Source: Deltaproteobacteria bacterium TL4 (GTDB lineage: Bacteria; SAR324; NAC60-12). From it: a stretch of DNA of 64,000 bases. Location of the stretch: contig JBBCAX010000084.1 in NCBI GenBank assembly GCA_051382335.1, positions 1-64,000 of the forward strand, read 5' to 3'. Of the stretch, positions 1-9,451 are shown piece after piece; position 1 is the first letter of the stretch, and every line of letters starts with the position of its first letter. Under the pieces are notes generated by a model. That model was given only the letters and a program-made list of their open reading frames with translations. It ran no database searches and was not told where the DNA came from. Made by a program: the position numbers and the translations under genes.

Positions 1-232
1 TGGGGGATTGAGTCTTGGCATTGGATTCGGGACGTCACTTTCTCAGAAGACAAAGTAAAATCCAAATACACGAATCAGGCTCAAATTTTAGGTCTCTTGA
101 GAACTTGTGTTCTTGGTGTTTTTAAAAAGTTTGGTGGGAAAAATATGAAAGAGAATCTTGATAATTGCAGGGACTCCGAACCCTTTTTTATGAATATACT
201 TTGTCAAGTTGGTTTTTTATGAGAAAGCCGTG
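1..232 (+). mobile_element. 3' end of ISAs1-family transposase (partial, CDS 1-222) plus right end of the IS
   Basis: Frame 1 reads WGIESWHWIRDVTFSED...GFL* (stop 220-222), matching the ISAs1 HWxIE..HW..DVxFxED motif. It is followed by TATGAGAAAGCCGTG, resembling ISAs1 ends (..GCCCTG). Not in the ORF track because the start lies outside the window. Confidence 0.8.
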
Positions 233-823
233 TGGGGGGGGAGGCCTAGTCCATATTCCCTTAGTGGCAGAAGGGGCCTGTTCCTTAATAACACACACGC
301 ATCGTTCACAACATCCAAGGCCCTTCTGCCAAATAAAGGCGAGATTGCTCTCCTACTATGGCTAGGGGGGGAGGCCTAGTCCATATTCCCTCAGTGGCAG
401 AAGGGACCTATCCCTTCAAATCTTAGTATTTTTTCCATTTTATGGAAAACGCTCAAGGCCCTTCTGCCAAATAAAGGCGAGATTGCTCTCCTACTATGGC
501 TAGGGGGGGAGGCCTAGTCCATATTCCCTCAGTGGCAGAAGGGACCTATCCCTTCAAATCTTAGTAACTTTTCCATTTTATGGAAAACGCTCAAGGCCCT
601 TCTGCCAAATAAAGGCGAGATTGCTCTCCTACTATGGCTAGGGGGGGAGGCCTAGTCCATATTCCCCCAGTGGCAGAAGGGACCTATCCCTTCAAATCTT
701 AGTAACTTTTCCATTTTATGGAAAACGCTCAAGGCCCTTCTGCCAAATAAAGGCGAGATTGCTCTCCTACTATGGCCAGGGGGGGAGGCCTAGTCCATAT
801 TCCCTTAATGGCAGAAGGGGCCT
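233..823. repeat. Non-coding tandem array of a 94-bp palindromic unit (4 full copies + 1 partial), period 130/138/138/138 bp
   Basis: Unit CAAGGCCCTTCTGCCAAATAAAGGCGAG...TGGCAGAAGGGRCCT at 316-409, 454-547, 592-685 and 730-823, partial at 233-279. Linkers are 36 bp (unique) and 44 bp (three near-identical). Confidence 0.95.
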
Positions 824-857
824 ATTTCTTCAAATCTGCGAATCTTCGTCCACCCTC

Positions 858-1301
858 TCAACCTATGTTGCTAACGAAACGATCAATAAGTAAAGGCATT
901 CCTAACAGCGTCTCCGCTGACTTAGCTATGAAACTCACAGCTCCAGCTTCGATCGAAGCGTTTCTAGTTTGAAGGCTATCATCATTGCTCATGATTACAA
1001 AGGGTATTGACTCACCTATCTTACGGTCTTTAAAGAGATCAATTCCTGTCCCATCTTTCAAGTGAAAATCCACAATAACCAAATCAGGAACATGCTCCTC
1101 CAAATGTCTCCGCGCCTGGCGCAAGCTATACACGGTGGTGAGTCTCACCAACCCCGGGTACGATTTGAAAGAGTACCGAATCAAATCCGCTTGATCGACA
1201 TTATCTTCAACCAATAAAATGCTTATAGGCTCTATCTCAACTTCCTGTAAACCATTCGCAGAGTTTGGGGTGACTGCTTGCATCCATTGCTCCAACTTCA
1301 A
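858..1301 (-). CDS. Single-domain response regulator (CheY-like receiver)
   Basis: ILLVEDN, PDLVIVD, GAVSFIAK receiver motifs; start uncertain. Confidence 0.85.
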   Translation of the reverse strand: MKLEQWMQAVTPNSANGLQEVEIEPISILLVEDNVDQADLIRYSFKSYPGLVRLTTVYSLRQARRHLEEHVPDLVIVDFHLKDGTGIDLFKDRKIGESIPFVIMSNDDSLQTRNASIEAGAVSFIAKSAETLLGMPLLIDRFVSNIG

Positions 1302-1574
1302 TGTTTATCAACAGGAATTAAGAAAACATTTCTTTCTACTAACCTTTTCACAAAGTGTGCCAATTATTAAAACTGATAAATATCAGTATGTTGAAAGTAC
1401 AGCGACAGGCTGAACAAAAAAAATATAGCGACGGTATGAGAACTCCTGCGAAAAATAAGGAATGAAATGCGAAAAATGATGCGAATAAATGCGAATAAAT
1501 CCTAATATCAAGCGAATATCCGCAAGGACTTAGGGTGTGAGTCCTATGGACTCACAAGTTGTTCAAGGAATGTC

Positions 1575-2582
1575 TTAATATAACTCTTGGTTTGGAAGTT
1601 CACGCTCCAAAAGCCGCACCAAGGCTTCTTCACAGGTCACATCCTGATAAAGGATATCATAAACAGCACTGGAAATAGGCATTTCAATATTATATTTTTC
1701 GGAAAACTCCTTCAAAGAAACAGCGTTTTTTACGCCTTCAGCAACAGATTGACGCGTCGCCTGATAATCTTTTAATTTTTGCCCTTGCCCTAGTGCAAAG
1801 CCTAGGGAATAGTTACGAGAAAGAGTCCCCGTGGCAGTAAGCACCAAGTCCCCTAAACCTGACATTCCTGAAAATGTTTCGACTTTTCCTCCCAACGTTA
1901 CTCCTAACCGGATCATTTCTGCCATTCCACGGCAAATTAGAGCGGATCTCGCGCTCAAACCCAGTTCCATCCCATCACAAATCCCTGTCGCAACAGCAAT
2001 GACATTTTTTACGGTACCGCCAACTTGTACGCCAATGAGATCTTTGCTGGGATATACCCGAAAATGTGCAGCTTTTAAGAGTTGTTGAAGTTGAGGGATT
2101 AATTCTTCATTTTGGCAAGCAATTACTGCAGCTGTCGGTAAACCAACCGAAACGTCTTTGGCAAAAGTAGGGCCTGATAAAACGGTTATTTCAGGAATAT
2201 CTTCCAATTCTTCACGATAGATTTCACTCATTAGAGTCAGAGAATGTTGCTCTACGCCCTTACTCGCAATAATGATACAGTGATCTTTTCTGATAAAAGG
2301 TCGCATTTGCTTGGCAATAATACGAGTAACATGAGAAGGCGGAGATACAATGATAAACTGATGTCCTTTAATGACTTCCTCAAGATTTCCGGACGCTTTT
2401 AAGTTGGAGGGCAGCAACACTCCAGGAAGGAAAATTTCATTGACATGACGTTCATTAATGGCTTTAACGGTATCTACTTCAAAAGCCCACATGGTGACCT
2501 CATGACCATTGTCTGCCATCAAGACCGCTAATGCTGTACCCCATGCGCCGGCACCTAATAGCCCAATCTTTTGTGTTTCCAT
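1575..2582 (-). CDS. gpsA: NAD(P)H-dependent glycerol-3-phosphate dehydrogenase
   Basis: GAGAWG, SGPTFA, KNVIA, GLGDL, SRN motifs. Confidence 0.97.
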   Translation of the reverse strand: METQKIGLLGAGAWGTALAVLMADNGHEVTMWAFEVDTVKAINERHVNEIFLPGVLLPSNLKASGNLEEVIKGHQFIIVSPPSHVTRIIAKQMRPFIRKDHCIIIASKGVEQHSLTLMSEIYREELEDIPEITVLSGPTFAKDVSVGLPTAAVIACQNEELIPQLQQLLKAAHFRVYPSKDLIGVQVGGTVKNVIAVATGICDGMELGLSARSALICRGMAEMIRLGVTLGGKVETFSGMSGLGDLVLTATGTLSRNYSLGFALGQGQKLKDYQATRQSVAEGVKNAVSLKEFSEKYNIEMPISSAVYDILYQDVTCEEALVRLLERELPNQELY

Positions 2583-2722
2583 AAGATTTCGCTCCTTATC
2601 GTTTTTGGGTTGTTTTTAGTTATCTTTTTATTTAAATTAGAGTAACTCTCGTTATGAACTCATGAATAAGAGTTCTGTGAATCCTACATAAAGGCATATA
2701 ACAAACTGACCCAGGTTGTCCA

Positions 2723-3208
2723 TTGCGATTTAAAGAAAGACTGGATTTCCCTGCATTTAAAAATAAAAAAGCTAAGCTTTTTTTGGGGGTTACACTGATA
2801 GAAGTGTGTCTTGTTATGGTAATACTGGCAATCACGCTAACCATGGGGGAAGTTTCTCTAAACAAGATGCAAGAGCGGTATGTTGTTGCCAATGTTGCAG
2901 AAAAAATCAGTTTGGCACTCAAGCAAGCCCAGATGATGTCAATGACTCAATTTCGTTCTCATCAAGTGATCATTGAAAGCAACCAGCTCAAAATAATCCC
3001 AAAATTGAGCTCCGCGGATTTTATTTTACTATGGGATCAACTGCCAATAACACTTGAGTACGACGCCACTCGTTGGCCTTCTTTTAGTCCCTTTGGCTTT
3101 GCGGCTTCAGGAACAATCACAATCACGTCCTCTTTTTTATCGACCCAAATTATAGTGAGTCCCATTGGTCATATACAACAAACTGCTATTGAAACACGCA
3201 AAAAATAA
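2723..3208 (+). CDS. Prepilin-type protein (FimT/GspH-like minor pilin)
   Basis: G|VTLIE class III signal followed by a hydrophobic helix; C-terminal FSPFGFAASGTITI..VSPIG; start uncertain. Confidence 0.75.
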   Translation: MRFKERLDFPAFKNKKAKLFLGVTLIEVCLVMVILAITLTMGEVSLNKMQERYVVANVAEKISLALKQAQMMSMTQFRSHQVIIESNQLKIIPKLSSADFILLWDQLPITLEYDATRWPSFSPFGFAASGTITITSSFLSTQIIVSPIGHIQQTAIETRKK

Positions 3209-3566
3209 GGGGTTTTCTCTAATTGAAATCATGATTATTGGACTGATTATGATGGGAGCTGTCATTGGCTTTAGTCATCTTTTCAGTCAGGGGTTAGAGC
3301 AACTTCAGCAAAATAACATACGATGGCGAATATTAAGTCAGGTTGATAAGTGGACCCTGGAAATCACTCAAGAGGGAGTAGAACCCTCCCAATTATTGCC
3401 AGGATCGTATTCAAAACCGATAGAAATTTTCCCTGGGATGTATTATGATTTTCAATGGAAAGTTCAGAGTCCCAAACCTCATTTGATTATGATTTATTTT
3501 CAAATAGTGGATCCTCAATCCCCATCGCAGGTAATTCATGAATGGAAAAATGCTTTGAATCGCTAA
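3165..3566 (+). CDS. Prepilin-type protein (PilV-like)
   Basis: KG|FSLIE prepilin cleavage motif. Confidence 0.7.
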   Translation: MVIYNKLLLKHAKNKGFSLIEIMIIGLIMMGAVIGFSHLFSQGLEQLQQNNIRWRILSQVDKWTLEITQEGVEPSQLLPGSYSKPIEIFPGMYYDFQWKVQSPKPHLIMIYFQIVDPQSPSQVIHEWKNALNR

Positions 3567-4090
3567 AGTGCTTACATGATAAAAAAGGAGTGACGCTTCT
3601 TGAAATCATGCTCGGGTTGGTAATTATTACGGTTCTGCTTCAATCTTTTCAGAAACCTATCGAAGAATTTCATCAACTCGTCCTCATTCGCCAACACCAA
3701 GCTGAAAAGCAAATGGAAATCGAACGTTTATACATGTTGCTTAAGTTGGAGTTGTTTCAAGCAGGATTTGGAATACAATTAGATCCCGAACAGAAATCCG
3801 TTGAAATTTCAAAAGATCAGGTGCTGTTTCGTTCAGATAATAATCGGGATGGAGATTTAGAGGATCCACGAGAAGTTGTCATTTATCGTTTTGATGAAGA
3901 ACGTCAGTGTGTCTTAAGAAAATCAGGAAAGGGTGCGTTTCAGCAATTGATAGGAGATGTATTTCAAATTCGATTTGAGGTGTGGATTCCATCAGCGGCC
4001 TCTCCGATTAATCCGTGTATTCTCATGTCCTCTCGGATAACGGAAAATGATTCTGAAACGCAGAGCGTATTATGTCCTTTGTCTATTTAG
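3542..4090 (+). CDS. Prepilin-type protein (PilW/GspJ-like)
   Basis: KG|VTLLE motif, ELFQAGF, DNNRDGD loop. Confidence 0.7.
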   Translation: MEKCFESLKCLHDKKGVTLLEIMLGLVIITVLLQSFQKPIEEFHQLVLIRQHQAEKQMEIERLYMLLKLELFQAGFGIQLDPEQKSVEISKDQVLFRSDNNRDGDLEDPREVVIYRFDEERQCVLRKSGKGAFQQLIGDVFQIRFEVWIPSAASPINPCILMSSRITENDSETQSVLCPLSI

Positions 4091-4642
4091 GCCTTCATGC
4101 ATAGCGGTTGTGGGGGCGTAGACGACTTTTCCATGGCAATAGCGACACTGATAGCTGTGGATTCTGCGATTTCGTCGAAAAACAGGTTCTGCCCAACACC
4201 CATTGATGCAAGCTTTGATAAAAGGTGCGTCTGAAAACTTAACACTGTGATAAGTTTTGGCATTGCAGCCGATTGAGAGTGCTTTAGCGCGCCACACAGC
4301 ATCATGTCCATGTTGAGCGCCTACCAAGGCATGTGCCATTTCGTGAAGCAGGGTGTCCAGGACTTCGGCATCTGGCGCTTTTAGAGCAAAGGCTTTAGAC
4401 AGAGTAATTATTTTTCGATTAAAGCTGCATTTCCCGGCTCTTTTCTTGGCACGATCAAACTCAAACCGCCACCCCCTTTTCCAAAGGCCATGTTGATGTA
4501 AGAGCCACTCTGCTTCGTGAATAACTCGATGCTCTCGCTGGTCAGGGGCTTGTGGCAAATTGAGTGTAGGCGTTGTTGAAGTTGAAGATTGCTTTGAGCA
4601 AATAAGCTCAAAGGCGTACAAGTTAGAAGTGAGAAGAGACAT
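4070..4642 (-). CDS. SprT-like zinc metalloprotease
   Basis: RAGKC, LLHEMAH, HGHDAVW, C-terminal Cys pairs (CINGC, CRYC). Confidence 0.85.
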   Translation of the reverse strand: MSLLTSNLYAFELICSKQSSTSTTPTLNLPQAPDQREHRVIHEAEWLLHQHGLWKRGWRFEFDRAKKRAGKCSFNRKIITLSKAFALKAPDAEVLDTLLHEMAHALVGAQHGHDAVWRAKALSIGCNAKTYHSVKFSDAPFIKACINGCWAEPVFRRNRRIHSYQCRYCHGKVVYAPTTAMHEGLNRQRT

Positions 4643-4645
4643 CTC

Positions 4646-7138
4646 TTAAAATAATCCACTGATGTTAAACTCAAAGCGATCTGGAGATTCACCGGATTGG
4701 CGATCAATCTTGACACCATATTCAAAACGAAGCACCCCTACTGGCGTAATTAACCGGACTCCTAATCCTGCGCTACGTCTTAAATCAAAAAACTCAGGTT
4801 CCTTTTCACCTAAAAGTTCATATTGTATTGGCTCAGCATTGACATTTCCCGCATCAAGAAAAACAACCCCTCTTACAAAGCTTTTTTCATCTTGGCTGAG
4901 CGGAAACAAAAGTTCCAAATTAAAAATACGCTGAGAGATTCCACCACTTTCCAATTGCTTTAATTCATCGGGGGTCAATCCTGCGGTCCGTTTATCAAAC
5001 CCACCAAGGCCTTGTTCCTGCGGTTCCCCAAACTCATTGATAACAGCTTGGCTCGTGTTATTTTTACGTCGTTCTATACTGCTGAAGGGGCCGGCAATAG
5101 CGTAGAAGTCATGTCCACGTACTGAGTTGATGCCTCCGATACGATATCGATCTTCTGAGGGAATTTCAAAATCGCCAACTCGCTCTAAAAGTCCGATACG
5201 AGCACGTGCCATCATGATTAGCGTTCGTGATTCATTAAGTGACCAAAACTGTTGATAGCTGTAAAGGAATTCCTCGTATTGTGTATTCCCTCCTAAGGGG
5301 GTTCCTGTATGAATGATCGTAAAACTGGTTTTCAAGCCTTCAGAGGGAAATAAAGGATGATTTACAGTATCGTAGGAAAGCGTTGGCGAAATGGATCGTT
5401 TAAATACGTGAGGCTCATCTCCTTTGAAAAAACGGTTCAAAGCACTATACAGCGCTGACAGCCGAATTTGACGATAGATCGCTTGACCTAAGCTGACTGA
5501 AAACGAATTTTCTGTGATTGTTCCCCGATTCAATCCGGTTGTATCATCTGATCTTTTGTGAGCGATAGAAAACGAAGTAGAAACTTGAGTTCCCCATAGG
5601 CGGGGTTCAATAAACGTCAGGCTAAAATCGTTCGTAACATCTCTTTCACTAAACTGTAGACTCAAACGTAAGGTTTGTCCTCTACCATACAAATTTCCTT
5701 TGGAAAGGGAAATACCACCAGAGAGGCGGGATTGTTCACTGTAGCCTAGTTGTGCTTGAAAAGAACCGGTTTGAGTTTCCTTAAGGCGTGTAATGATATC
5801 CAATAAATTATCTTCATCTTCGCGGGGATTTCTTTCCATTGCCATTCCAGGCTCAAAAAAACCTAACCTTTCTAAATTATTTTGGCTTAGTCTTAATTTC
5901 TTACCATTATATAATTCATTTTCACCAACACTAAACTCACGTCTAACCACATAATCACGAGTTTCAGCATTACCGGCAATCTCTAAGCGCCCAATATAGG
6001 CTTTTTCCTTTTTAACAATATTATAGGCGACATCGACCGTCCTGGAATCCTCATGAATGTTGGTTCTGGGAATCACGCGGACAAAAGCATAGCCCTGCTC
6101 TTGATAGGCCTCATTCAATACGGAACGATCTTGATTTTGGAGAAAAGGATCATAGACCGCTCCTTCTGTAAGCTTCAATAATTCCATGAGTTTTTCTTTT
6201 CTTTGCTGGACCGTGAGTTCTTCACTTCCGAGAATATCTCCGGTGATATCAATTTTGCCGGCAAAATATTGTGGGCCCTCCTTGATATGAAGTTGAACTT
6301 CCAAACGACTGTAATCGGAGTTGTGGTATAGGGTGATATCAGGTTTATCAATGAACACCTTGATATAGCCCTCTTTCAGGTAATGTTGTACAATGAGCTG
6401 GAGATCTTGGTTGATGCGTTCTTCCTGAAAGATTCCAGATTCATTGATCCATGAGAAACAATCTATTTCTGTGCTTAACATAAAGCGTTTGATATCAAGT
6501 TCAGAAAAGACACTCGTCCCTTGGATATGAATATCGGTCAGATAGGATTTAGGGGATTCATTGATAACGAAGGTGACCTCATATTCTTGATCGGAAATTT
6601 TATCCGTACGACTACTGACACTCGCACGAGCAAATCCATCTTTTCGATAAGCATCTTGAATCACTTTTTCGTTAGCGTTTATTTTGACCAAATCATAGAT
6701 ATCCATGGGCTTGATAGTGATATCTTTTAACAGGTCATTCTTGGAAATAAGCGTGCGACCTTCGAAATGAATCGCGGTGATTCGTGGACGTTCAAGCACA
6801 ACAAATCGTAACAAATAGCCCTTGTCCTGAGAGCTGACTTCGGCACGAACATCTTGAAAGAGTCCCAGCTCATAGATGACATGGATGTCTCTGCGTATTT
6901 TTCTCCGATCCAAACTTTCATTCACCTGGCTTTCCAAGGAAAAAAGTATTTGAGCAATCTCCAGTTCAGAGGTTCCAATCACTTCTATATCAGAAATGCG
7001 AAAGTCTTGAGCATAAACATTATGCGGAATACCAAATCCACCGAGCAAGCCAATCACTAACAGGCATCCCAAGTAATACTGCTGTAGAATTTCATGCTTA
7101 AATCGTAATTTTGAGTAACGTATCATATTTGTAGCCAA
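4646..7138 (-). CDS. bamA: Outer membrane protein assembly factor BamA
   Basis: Signal peptide, POTRA repeats, GNAETRDYVVRRE, SVRG motif, C-terminal F. Confidence 0.95.
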   Translation of the reverse strand: MATNMIRYSKLRFKHEILQQYYLGCLLVIGLLGGFGIPHNVYAQDFRISDIEVIGTSELEIAQILFSLESQVNESLDRRKIRRDIHVIYELGLFQDVRAEVSSQDKGYLLRFVVLERPRITAIHFEGRTLISKNDLLKDITIKPMDIYDLVKINANEKVIQDAYRKDGFARASVSSRTDKISDQEYEVTFVINESPKSYLTDIHIQGTSVFSELDIKRFMLSTEIDCFSWINESGIFQEERINQDLQLIVQHYLKEGYIKVFIDKPDITLYHNSDYSRLEVQLHIKEGPQYFAGKIDITGDILGSEELTVQQRKEKLMELLKLTEGAVYDPFLQNQDRSVLNEAYQEQGYAFVRVIPRTNIHEDSRTVDVAYNIVKKEKAYIGRLEIAGNAETRDYVVRREFSVGENELYNGKKLRLSQNNLERLGFFEPGMAMERNPREDEDNLLDIITRLKETQTGSFQAQLGYSEQSRLSGGISLSKGNLYGRGQTLRLSLQFSERDVTNDFSLTFIEPRLWGTQVSTSFSIAHKRSDDTTGLNRGTITENSFSVSLGQAIYRQIRLSALYSALNRFFKGDEPHVFKRSISPTLSYDTVNHPLFPSEGLKTSFTIIHTGTPLGGNTQYEEFLYSYQQFWSLNESRTLIMMARARIGLLERVGDFEIPSEDRYRIGGINSVRGHDFYAIAGPFSSIERRKNNTSQAVINEFGEPQEQGLGGFDKRTAGLTPDELKQLESGGISQRIFNLELLFPLSQDEKSFVRGVVFLDAGNVNAEPIQYELLGEKEPEFFDLRRSAGLGVRLITPVGVLRFEYGVKIDRQSGESPDRFEFNISGLF

Positions 7139-7142
7139 CTGA

Positions 7143-7832
7143 CTAGAGCGGTGTAGAGTCGATTTTATGAAGAATGCCGTCTTTCATTTGATATTGAAAC
7201 TGCATTAATTCTGCAATACGAGGATTATGAGTAATCATTATCAGAGTAATCCCTCTTCGTTTATTTAGGTTTAACAGGAGATCAATGACTTGCTGGCCCG
7301 TTTCCTGGTCTAAGTTTCCGGTTGGCTCATCTGCAAGCAAAATTTTGGGGGAATTGATAATGGCTCTTGCAATCGCCACTCGTTGTTGTTCACCACCGGA
7401 AAGTTGCGAAGATTTATGAAGAACGCGATCCCTGAGCCCCATCTCAGACAGTATCTCCATCGCAGAGGGCTGCGCGGTACTCAAGGAACTCCCTCCCATC
7501 AACAATGGCATCATCACATTTTCCAATGCGGTAAAATCCTGCAACAAGTGATGAAATTGAAAAATAAAGCCAATTTGCCGATTCCGAAAAAGAGCGCACT
7601 GATTGCTACTCATCAAGGAAAGGTTTTGATCTTCAACCAAAATCTCCCCTTGATCCGTTTGATCGATACCTCCCAAAAGGTGGAGAAAGGTGCTTTTCCC
7701 TGTTCCGGAAGCACCCACTATCGCAACAGTCTCTCCAGCATTCACACTAAAATTGAGTCCTTTTAGAATATGCAAACGGTGCCCTTCACCATCGTGAAAG
7801 CCTTTATGTAGCTCTTTTACTTGAATTTGCAT
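7143..7832 (-). CDS. lolD: Lipoprotein-releasing ABC transporter ATPase
   Basis: GASGTGKS, GFIFQFHHLL (LolD motif), [16 protein letters not shown]. Confidence 0.9.
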   Translation of the reverse strand: MQIQVKELHKGFHDGEGHRLHILKGLNFSVNAGETVAIVGASGTGKSTFLHLLGGIDQTDQGEILVEDQNLSLMSSNQCALFRNRQIGFIFQFHHLLQDFTALENVMMPLLMGGSSLSTAQPSAMEILSEMGLRDRVLHKSSQLSGGEQQRVAIARAIINSPKILLADEPTGNLDQETGQQVIDLLLNLNKRRGITLIMITHNPRIAELMQFQYQMKDGILHKIDSTPL

Positions 7833-7851
7833 GGAGAGATGAGGTTGTAGG

Positions 7852-7879
7852 AGAGCTCATAAGCATACCTATGAGCTCT
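7852..7879. terminator. Hairpin between pfk and lolD
   Basis: AGAGCTCATA-N8-TATGAGCTCT. Confidence 0.45.
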
Positions 7880-7883
7880 ACGT

Positions 7884-9140
7884 TTATTTATTAAAAGATT
7901 TCAGTTTAGGTTTAAGTAAATGATTTTTCAGTACTCCATATTGAGGAATTCCGTCGGAAAAAGGCGGAAAATCCTCGCCTGTGATGAGCGGACGTCCATA
8001 TTGGATAAACTTTTCAGTTACATCAAAACCATCCCCACTGATATAATCATCAGGCAATAATTTTTCTTTGTTAGCAATGTTGAGGATATCGGTGTTGCCT
8101 ACAGTCCAACGATAGGGAGAATCACTCTCTCGAACAATAGTCACCATCTGTCCATTGAGTCGCTGTTCCGCCAAGCGGACCGCATGTTGTCCACAGGCGA
8201 CAGCTTGTTCTACATCCACTCGCGAAGCGAGGTGACGACCCGATCTTTGACAATAATCCAGTAGGGCCCCGTGCGTTTTCATTTTTAAGAACCGTTGAAT
8301 GATGGACTGAATCACGTTGACGACGCCCCCCAATTCGGCATGACCAAATTGATCCTTATTGCCGGATTCTGCCAAAAATCCGCCATCTGCGGTGCGTACC
8401 CCTTCGGAGACAGCCACCACACAATACCCTTTTTGTCGGACCACTTCTTCAACTTTGGTTAGAAAGGGCTCTCCCTCAAACCGTACTTCAGGGAGTAAAA
8501 TCACATGCGGGGCGTCACCTGGTTCTCTTCGTGCCAGTGCCGTAGCGGCCGCAATCCAACCCGCGTGTCGTCCCATTGTTTCGAGAACAAAAACTTTGGT
8601 TGAATCACGATACATGGAGGCGACATCGAGTCCGCCTTCTAATATAGAAACCGCGTTATATTTGGCAACCGAACCATAACCCGGACAATTATCCGTAATC
8701 GGGAGATCATTATCAACGGTTTTAGGGATTCCAACACTAATCAACTCGTACCCCATTTGCCCCGCAATTTGGCTGACTTTATAAGCGGTATCCATAGAAT
8801 CGTTGCCGCCATTGTAGAAAAAATAGCGAATATTGTGAGCATTAAACACTTCTACAATGCGTTCAAACTCCCTTCGGTTGGCATTGAGGTCAGGCAATTT
8901 GCGACGACATGAACCCAAAGCAGCAGCAGGCGTATAACGCAAAGATTTAATGACAGCAGGCGATTCTTCTTTAAAATCAATGAGTTTTTCATCTAATATT
9001 CCATTTATTCCCTGAAATCCTCCGTAGATGTTATCAATAAAATCCGATTGCATCGCCTCTGTAATCACTGCATAAGCGGATGCATTAATTACACTGGTGA
9101 CACCCCCGGATTGAGCATAAACGGCATTACCTTTTAACAT
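7884..9140 (-). CDS. pfp: 6-phosphofructokinase, probably pyrophosphate-dependent
   Basis: QSGG, GGNDS (Asp at the specificity position), PKTVDND, MGRHAGW. Confidence 0.85.
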   Translation of the reverse strand: MLKGNAVYAQSGGVTSVINASAYAVITEAMQSDFIDNIYGGFQGINGILDEKLIDFKEESPAVIKSLRYTPAAALGSCRRKLPDLNANRREFERIVEVFNAHNIRYFFYNGGNDSMDTAYKVSQIAGQMGYELISVGIPKTVDNDLPITDNCPGYGSVAKYNAVSILEGGLDVASMYRDSTKVFVLETMGRHAGWIAAATALARREPGDAPHVILLPEVRFEGEPFLTKVEEVVRQKGYCVVAVSEGVRTADGGFLAESGNKDQFGHAELGGVVNVIQSIIQRFLKMKTHGALLDYCQRSGRHLASRVDVEQAVACGQHAVRLAEQRLNGQMVTIVRESDSPYRWTVGNTDILNIANKEKLLPDDYISGDGFDVTEKFIQYGRPLITGEDFPPFSDGIPQYGVLKNHLLKPKLKSFNK

Positions 9141-9406
9141 GATTACCTTTGTTGTTTTATGTTTGATGCTGTCTTTCCTGAAACATGTGAAAGGTACAGC
9201 ATGAATTCAGAATCCTATTCATTGTAAGGAGACAATTTGTAACAGAAGAAGCAAACGCCGCAAGTCTTTTTGTTTGGGGTTATGGGAGAATAGTATTCAA
9301 AAAAAAATAAGTCCTCTCGATTACAATTGCGTAAGTAAACTTACAAGCGTGTCTAAACGTGTGATTTGATCCGTAACGTTGAAGCTATTTTTAGAAAACA
9401 TGAGAG

Positions 9407-9434
9407 ACCGCTCCTCAAAGACCAGAGGAGCGGT
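9407..9434 (-). terminator. Hairpin downstream of the outer-membrane protein gene
   Basis: ACCGCTCCTC-N8-GAGGAGCGGT. Confidence 0.55.
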
Positions 9435-9451
9435 TCCAGGCAAGAAGAGGC

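Noticed and set aside
233..823. CRISPR array
   Set aside because: The 94-bp repeat is too long, three of four linkers are near-identical, and no cas genes are in the window
165..972. 66-aa ORFs at 165-365 and 772-972
   Set aside because: Translations of repeat DNA or antisense to the response regulator
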